From: Patescibacteria group bacterium
Lineage (GTDB): Bacteria; Patescibacteriota; UBA1384; XYA2-FULL-43-10; 1-14-0-10-43-13
Assembly: GCA_041649155.1 (NCBI GenBank)
Contig: JBAZNP010000001.1
Coordinates: forward strand, 302,564-366,563
DNA: 64,000 nt
Direction of reading: 5' to 3'
Part shown: positions 10,072 to 20,879 of the stretch, piece by piece
How positions within the stretch are numbered: the first letter of the stretch is position 1
Layout of the letters: each line of letters opens with the position of its first letter
Translations under genes and position numbers: made by a program
The notes under the pieces: model-generated
The model's input: the letters and a program-made list of their open reading frames with translations, nothing else
Told to the model about the DNA's origin: nothing
Database searches by the model: none

Positions 10072-11452
10072 TTCCCTTCTTGTCCATCTCTATAGATAAT
10101 TCATTAATTGCCTTTATTATCCTTTCTCCTGACTTGCCATCAAGCATACCCCATTCCGAAGCGATTGATTTCTGAATCTTTTCTAATTTCGCAAAGTATC
10201 CCTGGTCATTTGCAATTTTCGACATTTCTTTAATGAAATCGTCTTTTAAATCTACAGTCACTACCCCATCAACTTTTTTATAATCATCATAATTATAATG
10301 GTAGACATCATAATTAATTACAGGTTTTCCGCAAGTAACTGCCCATTGGATAGTAGCAGATATACATGCTACAAAAATATCACATAAGGGAATTAAATTA
10401 ATAATAGATTCTTGAATAATCTTAACCTTCCATTTTTTTTCTATATAGCAAATATCTTTATATTCAGCAGAAGGGTGTAAAGATATAATAATATTGTAAT
10501 TTGTAAATTTAGAAATCGTTTCAACCCAAAATTCTACAAGCTTTTTATAACTTTTAAATTCGCAAACGTTCACTCTAGATCCATGCAACATATCTGGTGG
10601 TATAGCGCATAAAATAATAGGTTTTTGTGGATCTAAATTAAATTTTAGATAAGCCTCTTTCTTCCTCTTGGTTGAATTGTCGATGTTATTCGCCAAAACA
10701 TCATCCGATAATGAACCGACCACTTTTATCTTCTCCTCAGTCAATCCCTCTCTAACCATATAACGATGCATTGCCTTGCTTTCAGCTAGAATAATATCTG
10801 CATAACCGCTGTTTAAGGCCCACGGTTTAGGCGGAACAATTTTGAATAACTTTATTGCTAAGATCTTAGACGCCGGCCATCTCAGCAATTTCTTTTTTTT
10901 ATGTTCATAAACCCATTTACTATCCAGCAAACCAATCAGTTTATTTAATGGACGCTTAAGATCAAAATCAGGATTTTTATAATAAGCTTCCGCTGCCTCT
11001 TTGGCTCCGGCCATCCAAGAAGGGATTATTACCGAAGGAATTCTAAGTAAATGGCCGACTTTGATAAATATCTCTGTATTGTAACCTATATTATCACCGG
11101 CAAGTATAATAACAGATGGTTTAACTTTTAAAATAAAGGTCTTTATGGATTTTGTTTCGTTCAAATAGTAAGAAATATCAGAGATAAATCTACTGATAAA
11201 TAGTCTGCTAAAGATATAACAAATTATTTTTACAAATTTGTTGGTTTTTTTTCCCTCTGCCCGGCTGTACCCAACCACATAATGCAATCTTTCTTTTTTG
11301 CATACAAGTAAATCTCTATCGATTGTCGGATAATGCATTGGGAAATATAAAATAGGATTATAGTGAAATCGTTTGAACAATTTTACTACTTCAAGAAGAA
11401 TAGTAAAATAAGTCATTGTATTTATTACGAATATAATAGTTTTGTTTTTCAT
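10064..11452 (-). CDS. TagB/TagF-like or capsule-polysaccharide biosynthesis family protein
   Basis: 462 aa. C-terminal pattern CDIFVACISATIQWAVTCGKPVI resembles the DxLITDYSS region of CDP-glycerol glycerophosphotransferases. Weak. Confidence 0.35.
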   Translation of the reverse strand: MKNKTIIFVINTMTYFTILLEVVKLFKRFHYNPILYFPMHYPTIDRDLLVCKKERLHYVVGYSRAEGKKTNKFVKIICYIFSRLFISRFISDISYYLNETKSIKTFILKVKPSVIILAGDNIGYNTEIFIKVGHLLRIPSVIIPSWMAGAKEAAEAYYKNPDFDLKRPLNKLIGLLDSKWVYEHKKKKLLRWPASKILAIKLFKIVPPKPWALNSGYADIILAESKAMHRYMVREGLTEEKIKVVGSLSDDVLANNIDNSTKRKKEAYLKFNLDPQKPIILCAIPPDMLHGSRVNVCEFKSYKKLVEFWVETISKFTNYNIIISLHPSAEYKDICYIEKKWKVKIIQESIINLIPLCDIFVACISATIQWAVTCGKPVINYDVYHYNYDDYKKVDGVVTVDLKDDFIKEMSKIANDQGYFAKLEKIQKSIASEWGMLDGKSGERIIKAINELSIEMDKKGNG

Positions 11453-12696
11453 AACATTAATTTATTTGATAATATCTTTAAAGATTTTACTGTATTAGGA
11501 TAAGTAAAATTAAAAAAACTATGAAATTCCTTTGACCTAAAAGAATCTTTTGCTATCGCTCTTTTAAGGTAATCTCTGCTGCTTATTACTTCTATATAAG
11601 GAGAAAAATCATCATAAGGAATTAAACTATGCTGCCCCTTTTTAATATTATAGTTAATGAAGAATGTTTTATCGCAGATATGTTTTGCTTCAATACACAT
11701 AAAAGACATAACAGAAATGCAGATATGAGATTTTTTTATTAATGTATAATTATCAACTTCGTTATATTTAACAATCTTGCACTTCTTAGAATTTATAAAA
11801 ATGTTATATTTATTTAAATCTTCTCGTGGATGGACTTTAACATATAAAACATAGCCATCTTCAATAACAGAAAGAATTTCTTTGATATAAAAAATGTCAT
11901 CAACTATTCCCCCATGAGCAGTGAAATAGGTAATTATTTTAGGATCTTTTTGAGGCCTATATTTTAGCTTTTTGATTGCATCAAGATGAGGGAATCCACC
12001 CTCTACATAATTTAACTTTTTATTGATCAAAAATGCCTTTCTTACATTCCTATGAAATGTGCTGGGGTAAAAATAATAATCACATAAAACATTATTATGA
12101 TTTATGCCATCTATAAATGAATATTCGATTTTTATTGTTTTAATTCCCATCTCTTTAGCTTTCAGAATTACTGCGACGTTTATTGGATCTATATCATTTT
12201 CTGTAATTAGCACCTTGTTTGTTTTATTAAATAAAGAAGAATTGTAGTAAACTAAAAAGTCAAAAAGGCTATTCCAGCATAACAGAGCATCTTTCTTATT
12301 TAGGTTGCTTCTAACTAAAAATTTACATACCCTAAAAAAATCTAGCGTCACCTTAAGGAACAAGGGGAAATTGATTTTCTTGTTATATCTTTGCGTCATC
12401 ACAAGACCGCAATGTAATTCCGAACTTAATTGCTGATCTTGTTTACTATTTCCCAAAACTAAAACCTTGTTCGGATTATTTATATCAGGTCTAACGAATA
12501 GTATTGAGATAAATTTAGGTACTAACCTAACAATACCTTTAATCGCATCTAAATGTCCTAACTGGCTTTTTGTTATATAAACGCAGTAGTGAGTCCTGAT
12601 AGACAATAAGGAATCATATATGAAAGAGTTGCTTTTCTGGGAAAAAAGCAACTTATCAAAATCTTTAAATTTTTGTTTTATCTCTAAATCGAACAT
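11449..12696 (-). CDS. TagB/TagF-like or capsule-polysaccharide biosynthesis family protein (paralogue of the preceding gene)
   Basis: 415 aa with a similar C-terminal pattern. Overlaps the neighbouring gene by 4 nt. Confidence 0.3.
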   Translation of the reverse strand: MFDLEIKQKFKDFDKLLFSQKSNSFIYDSLLSIRTHYCVYITKSQLGHLDAIKGIVRLVPKFISILFVRPDINNPNKVLVLGNSKQDQQLSSELHCGLVMTQRYNKKINFPLFLKVTLDFFRVCKFLVRSNLNKKDALLCWNSLFDFLVYYNSSLFNKTNKVLITENDIDPINVAVILKAKEMGIKTIKIEYSFIDGINHNNVLCDYYFYPSTFHRNVRKAFLINKKLNYVEGGFPHLDAIKKLKYRPQKDPKIITYFTAHGGIVDDIFYIKEILSVIEDGYVLYVKVHPREDLNKYNIFINSKKCKIVKYNEVDNYTLIKKSHICISVMSFMCIEAKHICDKTFFINYNIKKGQHSLIPYDDFSPYIEVISSRDYLKRAIAKDSFRSKEFHSFFNFTYPNTVKSLKILSNKLML

Positions 12697-12721
12697 AAAA
12701 ATTAAGATCAGACTGCAATCA

Positions 12722-13213
12722 TCATTTAACCATTGTTACATGTATCCCATCGATGATGTTACTAAGGAATCTTGATACAAATTTTAATAATCTTTGACTT
12801 CTAAATATTCTTTTTGCATATGCATCATAAGTTAATTTAATACTTTCAATTTTAAAGCGGCATTTTGTATAATAACCTTTTCTTTTCCCAGTATAAAAAT
12901 CCCAACTGTATTCATTAAAAAAAGAAACATGCTGTGGGTCAGTAATTGAATGGAAGTGATTCCAATATACAGTTACTATTTTAACCTTTCCTCCTTTTTT
13001 CAATATTCTATAAACCTCTTCCATAACCTTAATAGAATCTGGAAGATGCTCAATAATATTATTGAGATAAACTAAATCATAGCTATTGCTTTTAATGGGC
13101 CACGGGTAGGAATTCAGATCATGTACGATATCAACTCCAGGCAAAGCAGCGCAGTCTATACCAATCGCACCTTCAACCTTAGCATCTCCACAACCCACAT
13201 CTAAAATTTTCAC
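12722..13213 (-). CDS. Class I SAM-dependent methyltransferase
   Basis: ILDVGCGDAK motif I. Confidence 0.7.
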   Translation of the reverse strand: MKILDVGCGDAKVEGAIGIDCAALPGVDIVHDLNSYPWPIKSNSYDLVYLNNIIEHLPDSIKVMEEVYRILKKGGKVKIVTVYWNHFHSITDPQHVSFFNEYSWDFYTGKRKGYYTKCRFKIESIKLTYDAYAKRIFRSQRLLKFVSRFLSNIIDGIHVTMVK

Positions 13214-13214
13214 A

Positions 13215-14195
13215 TTACCTCCGACTTCTTGTTATATTGATAATTGTTTTCTTTATTTTAAGTTTTGTATTCCGCCAAAAAACCTTTAGAATTATTTTTT
13301 CTGGTTTTATATATTTTAACCAATCAGGATTAACTTTTTTAGCCCATTCTCTGAATTCATGAAGGTCTACTTTTTTATTTTCCATAAGGTAAAGGAGGTT
13401 ATCGTTTACACAGGCTTGTTGAAACTGGTTTGGCTCAAGATATTTTACCACTCCCTTTGCTTGTGTTTCAGCAGATCTTACTTTTTCGTGCTCCTCTATG
13501 TCCATATTCAAACTAACACTATTTATTTTCCTACCAAATGGACTTTTTTTATGCATCACTTGATGGTAATGAAAGGTATCTTCTATTTTACCATGCTTAA
13601 ATCCACCTTTCTCAATCAAGCTGGCAAATACAAAATCTTCCTGTCTATATACATAGTCATCATCTATCTTCTCTAAGCCCTCTTCAAAAGCAGCTTTGCG
13701 ACCCATTTGGCTGCCTGCATATGGTCTAATCTTATCCACTAAGTCATACTCCGCCATAACGGTCATTCTCATCGGACAACCAAACCAATCGTATTCCGAT
13801 TGATGAGACTTCATTCTATTAAACCACCCTGGCGGCAGATAAACATCGGAATGAGGATATATAAACCATTCTGTATCAACTTCTTCTATTAATTTGCGGA
13901 TACTATAGCCCAACGATTTATATTTTTTATGGTCAATTACTTTTACTCTAGGGAATTTTTTCGCTATTTTTATTGAGTCATCAATACACCCGCCATCTCC
14001 AATTAATAATCTGTTAATCGGTATTTCTCGATAAAGTGAGTTCAAATTTACTTCCCAAAGTTCGTTAGTGTGAATAATTGGGATAATTACATCAACCGCA
14101 TCTTTGGAATCACTGGTAAATCTATCACAAAAAGGAGTATCAGTGTAATACTTTTGAAAAATAGATGCTGTTGTATCTTTTTCTTTAGGCATCAA
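13215..14195 (-). CDS. Putative GT2-like glycosyltransferase
   Basis: VDVIIPI...LLIGDGGCIDDS region. Confidence 0.45.
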   Translation of the reverse strand: MMPKEKDTTASIFQKYYTDTPFCDRFTSDSKDAVDVIIPIIHTNELWEVNLNSLYREIPINRLLIGDGGCIDDSIKIAKKFPRVKVIDHKKYKSLGYSIRKLIEEVDTEWFIYPHSDVYLPPGWFNRMKSHQSEYDWFGCPMRMTVMAEYDLVDKIRPYAGSQMGRKAAFEEGLEKIDDDYVYRQEDFVFASLIEKGGFKHGKIEDTFHYHQVMHKKSPFGRKINSVSLNMDIEEHEKVRSAETQAKGVVKYLEPNQFQQACVNDNLLYLMENKKVDLHEFREWAKKVNPDWLKYIKPEKIILKVFWRNTKLKIKKTIINITRSRR

Positions 14196-15114
14196 TATTT
14201 CTTTCCTCTATCTCTAATAGTATCCTTACCATTTGAGGAAAATCAACTGTAGGGCTCCAGCCGGTTTTCGTTGTTAACTTTTTAGAATTACCGACTAATG
14301 ATCTTTTCTGTCTTTTAACAATGTCTTTGTCTTCAACCACATACTTTTCCCAATCCATACCTAGGCAATCAAAAGCCGTTTTAACGAAATCCAATACGGT
14401 CTTTTTCACTCCCGTAGCCACAATAAAATCGTCAGGTCTGTCTAAATTTAATATCTTGTAAAAAGCATCTATATAATCAGGCGCATATCCCCAATCCGTT
14501 TCTGCTGATAGGTTTCCCACTACTAATCTCTGTTTCTCGCCCTTTTTTATCGCAATCGCGTTTTTGATTATTTTTTTTGATAAAAAGTTATCTGTCCTAT
14601 AATTCGATTCGTGGTTATATAGGATTCCCACTGAAGCAAAAACGTTATATTCGTCTCGATATAACTTGCAAAGCTCTGCTCCATCCTGTTTTGTTATTCC
14701 GTAAATACATTTGGGGCTGTACGGCGTTGCTTCATCTTGCATGCTTGTATCTGTGCCAGCAAAAACAAGGGACGAAGAAGCATAAAATATTTTAGTGTTT
14801 TTTGAGCAAACTCTTATGGCTTCCAAGAAGTTGGCTAATCCAAATACGTTTACTTCATAACTCTGTTTTATCAATTCTAGTTGATTTTCGTCTTTTTCCT
14901 CAGAAGAATGATGATATGCTGCCAGATAATAGATTTCGTTTGGCTTATGTTTTTTTACCAGTTTAAAAACCTCATCGCTTTTTGTAATATCAATATCTGA
15001 AGTTTTAATCTTTTTACCAACACCAATTAAAGAATAATTCTTACTTAGCAGATAATCTGTTAAAATTCTCCCATCTTGCCCCTCAGAACCAATAATGATA
15101 GCAAGTTTTTTCAT
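14185..15114 (-). CDS. GDP-4-dehydro-6-deoxy-D-mannose reductase (Rmd)-like SDR
   Basis: N-terminal IIGSEGQDGRIL resembles the GMD/RMD GxxGQDG motif. 309 aa, shorter than Gmd. Confidence 0.55.
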   Translation of the reverse strand: MKKLAIIIGSEGQDGRILTDYLLSKNYSLIGVGKKIKTSDIDITKSDEVFKLVKKHKPNEIYYLAAYHHSSEEKDENQLELIKQSYEVNVFGLANFLEAIRVCSKNTKIFYASSSLVFAGTDTSMQDEATPYSPKCIYGITKQDGAELCKLYRDEYNVFASVGILYNHESNYRTDNFLSKKIIKNAIAIKKGEKQRLVVGNLSAETDWGYAPDYIDAFYKILNLDRPDDFIVATGVKKTVLDFVKTAFDCLGMDWEKYVVEDKDIVKRQKRSLVGNSKKLTTKTGWSPTVDFPQMVRILLEIEERNIDA

Positions 15115-16358
15115 TATACTATGTTAATTTTTGGTAAAGGAAAGATAAAATGCCCATTAGATGAAAGATAATCTTGTTCTCTCCGTAGTATGTTTTCTTT
15201 GAAATGCCAGGGAAGAACCATGAAGTAATCAGGATTTAATTTTTTAGCCTCTTCTTCAGAAATAATAGGAATTAAAGAACCTGGGGTAAATCTACCAAAT
15301 TTGTATTCATTAACTTCAGCGATATAAGGAACATCTTTTTCCGATAAGTTACAATATTGAAGAATAACATTACCTTTAGTTGAAGCCCCGTACCCAATTA
15401 CCTTTTTCCCTTTGGATCTTAGATCATTTAAGAAATCTATAAGGTCTTTTTTGTGTTTTTCGACTTGTTTTTCAAATCCTCTAAAAACATCAATTTCTGA
15501 GTATCCTTCTTTCTTTTCTTTTTCTAAGATCTGATTAACTTTTGGACTTTCAGTAAATTTTGAGTTTCTTTTAGCTAGTGTTAGACAAAAGCTAGCTCCA
15601 TTAATCTCATTGAATTCCACATCGACGATCTTAAAACCAACCTTATCTACCATCCACTTGATTTGTTTTAAAGCATAATATTCGAGATGTTCATGACAAA
15701 CCGTATCATAAGACACATTCTCAATCATTTTAGGCATATAGCTCTGTTCTAAAATCCAAATGCCCTCGTCATCAAGAACTTCGTAAATTTCCTGCATAAA
15801 CTGAGTAGGATTTTCTAGATCATAAAACATAGCGATTGAAGTGACCACCTTGGCTTTATCTTCTGAAAAATCTTTCAATCTCGATGCAGAAAAGAAATCA
15901 GGGATATGTTTAATATGAGGAGGATAATATTCTTTAAATTTTTCTGAAGTAGGATCAATTCCTACTAGCTGTAAATTCTTATTTTTGTACGCTTTTAATA
16001 GAGTCGAGTCATTGCTAGCTATATCAACTACCAGATCTTTATCTTTAAGATTGATCGTTTTCTCTATTCTTTCTACAATTAATCCAAGATGATCAACCAT
16101 AGACTTATTTAAGCTAGAACGATAACCATAATTTTCGCCGTATAACAGGCTCAAATTATAATTATGTTTGAGCTGAAGCAGACCACAAGCATTTGGATTA
16201 GCTTGATCATCGCATTTAACTAACTCGAGCGGGCCCTTCTCAACCTCTTGATCTTTCTTGGGAAAGACACCGGTTAAGGCCTGATTTCCTAAATTTAATA
16301 CTGGAACCAGTTTATGATTACCACAAATTCTACAGTTTTTTATCTCTTCGTAAATCAC
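15114..16358 (-). CDS. Sugar C-methyltransferase (TylC3/NovU-like) with an N-terminal zinc-ribbon
   Basis: CRICGNHKLVPVLNLGNQALTG zinc-ribbon, followed by a methyltransferase domain. Confidence 0.65.
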   Translation of the reverse strand: MIYEEIKNCRICGNHKLVPVLNLGNQALTGVFPKKDQEVEKGPLELVKCDDQANPNACGLLQLKHNYNLSLLYGENYGYRSSLNKSMVDHLGLIVERIEKTINLKDKDLVVDIASNDSTLLKAYKNKNLQLVGIDPTSEKFKEYYPPHIKHIPDFFSASRLKDFSEDKAKVVTSIAMFYDLENPTQFMQEIYEVLDDEGIWILEQSYMPKMIENVSYDTVCHEHLEYYALKQIKWMVDKVGFKIVDVEFNEINGASFCLTLAKRNSKFTESPKVNQILEKEKKEGYSEIDVFRGFEKQVEKHKKDLIDFLNDLRSKGKKVIGYGASTKGNVILQYCNLSEKDVPYIAEVNEYKFGRFTPGSLIPIISEEEAKKLNPDYFMVLPWHFKENILRREQDYLSSNGHFIFPLPKINIV

Positions 16359-17311
16359 TTCGCAATTCCTCCGATTATTTTATAGAATTCAATATTTTTG
16401 ACCTGCTCTTTTATTGAACATAATTTTTTTGTTTGATTACTTAAAAAAGCGTCTACCTGTCTGTAAAGGCCTGGTTTATACAAATTGTCCAGTTTTTCAT
16501 CCATCGCTACTTCATCGATAGCAACTGAACCGATATTCTGAATCTGCAATTTTTCCATTGGTCGAAAAATTAGACGGTGTTTCTTGGTTAATATTTCAAC
16601 GCTCCAGCGCCCAGGGGACTCCCAATTCGCTTGATAAGAGAAAAGTGCACCGTTTTTAGCTTTGCCCGAACCAACAAAAATAGATGCTCTAGGATGCCAG
16701 TTTAGACCGCCTGCTGTATAAGCAGAAATTTTTTCAGGATCTCCACCAAGGAAAAAGGCTAAATCGATTACATGAGTTGAATTATGTAAAAACCACTCTT
16801 CTTTAACGCCTGGAGCTTTTTTTAAATCTGCTATCACATGGCTCCATTCAGTAAACTCAAAATTAAACGAAGTGACGCCACCATCTTTTTTAATTATTTT
16901 CTCAGCAGCAATTGTAGAAGCATAAAAACGGCGGTTATATCCGACATAAACTTTCGCTTGTTTTTTTTGAGCTAGATTGGCTACTTTTTGTATTTGCTGA
17001 TAATCAAAACCGCCCGGCTTCTCAACCAATATGTCCTTGAAGCCACTTTTTAAAAGCTCAATTGTAACATTGCCGATCTCATTTTCGCTTACAGCAACAA
17101 TCGCCTTTTTCGGGTAATCTTTATTTTCCTTAAGCCATTTGGTAATGCCGCCAACAATAACTTCAAGGTTTGTTGCTTTTTTAAAAGCATTAGCTGATTC
17201 ATTGCCACGCCCAATAACAACAATGTTTTGTTTCAAACTTTTTAATACTTTGGCATATTCTAAAGCCATTGGACCGGTTCCTACGAGCAAAATTTTTTGG
17301 TTATTTTTCAT
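16355..17311 (-). CDS. Gfo/Idh/MocA family oxidoreductase
   Basis: N-terminal Rossmann KILLVGTGPMALEYAKVL and overall architecture. Confidence 0.65.
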   Translation of the reverse strand: MKNNQKILLVGTGPMALEYAKVLKSLKQNIVVIGRGNESANAFKKATNLEVIVGGITKWLKENKDYPKKAIVAVSENEIGNVTIELLKSGFKDILVEKPGGFDYQQIQKVANLAQKKQAKVYVGYNRRFYASTIAAEKIIKKDGGVTSFNFEFTEWSHVIADLKKAPGVKEEWFLHNSTHVIDLAFFLGGDPEKISAYTAGGLNWHPRASIFVGSGKAKNGALFSYQANWESPGRWSVEILTKKHRLIFRPMEKLQIQNIGSVAIDEVAMDEKLDNLYKPGLYRQVDAFLSNQTKKLCSIKEQVKNIEFYKIIGGIAK

Positions 17312-17316
17312 GATTG

Positions 17317-18291
17317 TTATGTAAATGGATAATAATCGAACTTATCTTTTGAGTTTTTATTCAAGAAGTTTCTTAATGGCTCAAGCAACAAAAGGTGAAG
17401 TTTGGCTGATTCATCAAATTTTGGCAGAATGCATTTGCCGTTTTTTAAAAGATCTTCAACTATTTGAGCTGTTCTTTCGCTCTGAAATGGAATTGGCGCT
17501 TCAATTTCTTTCCATTGCCAACCATCCTTTTCTCTTGATATCCATGCCTTTTGTTCAGATTCCTTAGAAACGCAACGGCATTTATCCGATGTTATCTCAA
17601 CAACAACAGGTAATTCACCTTCTGGAAAGCAAGTGAAACTGCCAGAGCTTCCGTTTTTGAAAATTATATTTATAGTGCCATTAAACTCAAGGAATCCTTT
17701 TCGTTTGCTCTCAATTGGCTTCTTTGTTAACCCTGATGTTTCTATTTTGTAGTCAGTGCAGTCGGAAAGAAAAGCCATGTGATCAATGTAATGTATGGCG
17801 TTTGTAATAAGACCGTATTGGCTGCCAGTTACAGAATATGTAATTAAACTGTTAGAAAGAGTTTTTTTAATATTAAAATAAAAGGGCATGCTTCTCATAC
17901 TACAGTTCACCCATGCAATGCTTTTCTTTTTTTTGAGTAATTTCCCAACAACAGCATAATCTTCAAATTTTTGAAAAAGAAGTTTCTCCAGAATAAAGTG
18001 TTTGACTGTTTTATTCCTAAGAAGTTCCTCTACCACTTGCCGTCTAACATTTGAACTGGTTGGAATAATAGCAATATCAATTTCTTCCAGCTCATTATTT
18101 ATTTTATTCAGATACTTTATTGAGTGTTTAACGTCGCCATCAGGTATTAAATCATACCTCTCCTTGGCAGTTTCGAGCGAAGCTGGAAAAGGATCTACCA
18201 CAGTAATATTCAGTGGAGTTTTTACATTTTTAAGGGCTTGAAGATGTCTGCTTCCAAGTTGTCCTGCTCCAATTATATAAATATTCTTCAT
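17317..18291 (-). CDS. Gfo/Idh/MocA family oxidoreductase
   Basis: N-terminal IYIIGAGQLGSRHLQAL. Confidence 0.6.
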   Translation of the reverse strand: MKNIYIIGAGQLGSRHLQALKNVKTPLNITVVDPFPASLETAKERYDLIPDGDVKHSIKYLNKINNELEEIDIAIIPTSSNVRRQVVEELLRNKTVKHFILEKLLFQKFEDYAVVGKLLKKKKSIAWVNCSMRSMPFYFNIKKTLSNSLITYSVTGSQYGLITNAIHYIDHMAFLSDCTDYKIETSGLTKKPIESKRKGFLEFNGTINIIFKNGSSGSFTCFPEGELPVVVEITSDKCRCVSKESEQKAWISREKDGWQWKEIEAPIPFQSERTAQIVEDLLKNGKCILPKFDESAKLHLLLLEPLRNFLNKNSKDKFDYYPFT

Positions 18292-18425
18292 AATGATTTT
18301 ACAATCCTCTATTGTGCAGCTTCATTATTACATTTTTACTCATGATAAATCAATCCTTCATAAAAGCGAAAAGCGGGCCAATTAAGACTCGCTTTTCGGT
18401 TCTCCCTTCCATTTGTAGTTATTGT

Positions 18426-19550
18426 TTACATGAACTGGCGCATGATCTCGTCAGCAATCCGCTCTGCATTACCGCCGTTGGCCTTGATATGCTCGATCTG
18501 GTTCGGCATAAGTTGCTCTCCCAGCTTTCCGCTGTAGCCCAAGCTGAGCAGACGAGTAAGTTCGTCGAGACTGTCCGCGTAGCCGCAGGCACCTAGTTCA
18601 CAAAGCGGAAAACCTCCCATAAGACCTTTGGTCACATCGAGCCATTCCTGCATGCCGGTCTTCGGGAAGAGAAGAGCAAGGTTCTGCTTTCTCCATGCTG
18701 CGCTTTCGATCAGTGTGGTAGTAAACGCGCCGGTAATAAGATCAGACGCTGCGATGAGGTCCCGCACATTGTAAGCAGGACCGGTGCAGTCAAGATACTT
18801 GCCCTTGTCCCAGCGAGCAAAAGAAGCGCACGCCACTTTCCACTCCTCCCGCTCATGCTCCCATTTCCCGTCCTTGTCTCTTTCTAGAAGCATTGCCGGA
18901 TGCTGGCGAGCGATCAGGGTAACCGGCTGGTTAGCCTCAATGATTCCGGCAACCAGCTCCGCGAAGACCTCTCCAGTACGGTTAAGCTGCCCTGCAAAGA
19001 GCACTACGGTCTCGTCACTGCCAATTGCGAGGCCTTCTCGTGTCCTCTTGCCCAGGGCGTCAATCTCAGTTAGTTCACAATTGTAACCGTCCAAATACGG
19101 CCAACCCTCGATGAAAGTATCCGAGATCGGCATTCTAGGGAAAGTAATATGCGCCAGCTCAGCATCAAGCTTATCGTTGCAGAAAACGCCGGTGGGCACG
19201 ATCGTGCTCCAGTCATCCTTCTTATAGATTCCGGAGCCCCAGAAGTCGGTCTGCAGGTTGACCGGGCAGGTTATCCCCCTGCGCTTCATCTCCCGCACCA
19301 CCTCGAGTGAAGGCAAACGGTCGTTGCAGTCGATCGCACCATAGAACAGGTCGATCTCTCCGCAGGAGTCAAGGGCCTCTTCGGCTGTCGTATATGGCAG
19401 AAATTCGATTCCCGCCTTCGCCAGCGCATCGGTTGCCGGACCGACAGCATAAGAAATCACCTCGACCCCTCGCTGACGTAGAACTTGAACAACCGGACCG
19501 ACATTGTTTGCCGGACCAGCATCAAAACATGCCGATAAGATCTTCACCAC
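18426..19550 (-). CDS. Hypothetical protein in a GC-rich (~55%) gene, possibly a GT-B/TagF-like fold
   Basis: Clean 374-aa ORF whose base composition differs sharply from the neighbours. C-terminal DLITGAFTTTLIESAAW resembles the TagF-family signature. No confident function. Confidence 0.5.
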   Translation of the reverse strand: MVKILSACFDAGPANNVGPVVQVLRQRGVEVISYAVGPATDALAKAGIEFLPYTTAEEALDSCGEIDLFYGAIDCNDRLPSLEVVREMKRRGITCPVNLQTDFWGSGIYKKDDWSTIVPTGVFCNDKLDAELAHITFPRMPISDTFIEGWPYLDGYNCELTEIDALGKRTREGLAIGSDETVVLFAGQLNRTGEVFAELVAGIIEANQPVTLIARQHPAMLLERDKDGKWEHEREEWKVACASFARWDKGKYLDCTGPAYNVRDLIAASDLITGAFTTTLIESAAWRKQNLALLFPKTGMQEWLDVTKGLMGGFPLCELGACGYADSLDELTRLLSLGYSGKLGEQLMPNQIEHIKANGGNAERIADEIMRQFM

Positions 19551-19633
19551 AATATTCCCTCCGTTCGTTAGTCAATAAAACAATTGACTTGTCTTATTGC
19601 CAAGCGAATAATAACATAAAAGTTCTTTTTTGT

Positions 19634-20863
19634 CTAGTCGTCAATCCCATCTAGATTCACTGTATGGCGAAGCTTCCATTCTGAACCGACTTTTTTCCAG
19701 AGATGGGGAGAGCGAGCTTTATCACAAAGTTCAAGAAAACGTTCTGGCTTCATTTCAAGATAGTCCATAATTTCCTGAAAATATCGATCAGGGAACTCGC
19801 CATCAAATTTCCTGACCAGAGCTTGGCCTTCTTCGCGGGTTAAATGTTTGTTTCTAATCTCTTGAGAAGCATCATAAGTCGCACGACCAATGCCGAACTT
19901 CATGAAAGTAGTATAATAGTGCAAATCATCAATCTTATCGTCAATGCTGTTGTATTTGCTGTATGTGCCTTGTGTTCGAAACGGACGAGCCTTAAATCCT
20001 GTATTTTCGACAGCATAATAATAGACTTCCTGCGGAGTCCACTTAAGATAATAGCCTAAATAATGAACCTCTATGTTTGATTTTTCAAGTTCATTATGGT
20101 TAGCTGGCAAGAAAGCCATCAAATCCGCTGTATCAACCTTGTATTTTTCTTTTAACTCTTTAATAGAGACTCCGCCCAAATAAACATCGTCAATGCTTTT
20201 CATGCTAAAGTATGATTTATCTCTTAGTGATGAGGCATTATCGGCTATAGGATTACCATACTCAGCCTCGTTTTCTCCATAAAAAATAAGGGGAATATCA
20301 TACTTTAGAGCAATTTTGGGGCCAATATTTTTCTGCCCCAAAATGAACGTTTGGAATGGATGAAGCAAATTCTCAATCGAAAGTTTAGTTAGAAGTTTCA
20401 TCACCCGACCATTTTGCTTGAAAGTAATATTGTCAAAACCACCGATTTCAATCCAATTTTTCCAGTTTTTATAACCATAATCCGTATAAAGAATTGGGGG
20501 CCAAGTAACGGTTAATGGATGCATTCCATATTTATATTTAAGCACATGAGCCTGAAAGGCGCTGTCTTTTCCGCCGCTGCCTGGAACAATGCAATCATAG
20601 GAACCATCATTTTTACGATGTTTATCAAGAAGTTTAACTAACTCCTCTTCACGTTTTTTCCAATCAATCTGCTCTTTAACCTCAGCCTGACGACAAGCAT
20701 CGCAAACTCCTTCTTGATCCATATTTAAAGTAGTCTTTTTGCTTGATTTTGTATGTTTAAACTCTGGTGTTGAAGCAGGTCTCTGGTTGGAAGTCACGCA
20801 TTTAGTACAAAAAACTACTTTTTCCGGCAGTCCGTAGTACGTCTTAGGCTTGTCTTTACTCAT
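19634..20863 (-). CDS. N-acetyl sugar amidotransferase (PseA/WbuX family, PP-loop ATP pyrophosphatase)
   Basis: PP-loop CIVPGSGGKDS, N-terminal Cys cluster, and HisH/HisF paralogues immediately downstream. Confidence 0.85.
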   Translation of the reverse strand: MSKDKPKTYYGLPEKVVFCTKCVTSNQRPASTPEFKHTKSSKKTTLNMDQEGVCDACRQAEVKEQIDWKKREEELVKLLDKHRKNDGSYDCIVPGSGGKDSAFQAHVLKYKYGMHPLTVTWPPILYTDYGYKNWKNWIEIGGFDNITFKQNGRVMKLLTKLSIENLLHPFQTFILGQKNIGPKIALKYDIPLIFYGENEAEYGNPIADNASSLRDKSYFSMKSIDDVYLGGVSIKELKEKYKVDTADLMAFLPANHNELEKSNIEVHYLGYYLKWTPQEVYYYAVENTGFKARPFRTQGTYSKYNSIDDKIDDLHYYTTFMKFGIGRATYDASQEIRNKHLTREEGQALVRKFDGEFPDRYFQEIMDYLEMKPERFLELCDKARSPHLWKKVGSEWKLRHTVNLDGIDD

Positions 20864-20879
20864 TTTTATTCTCCTTGAA

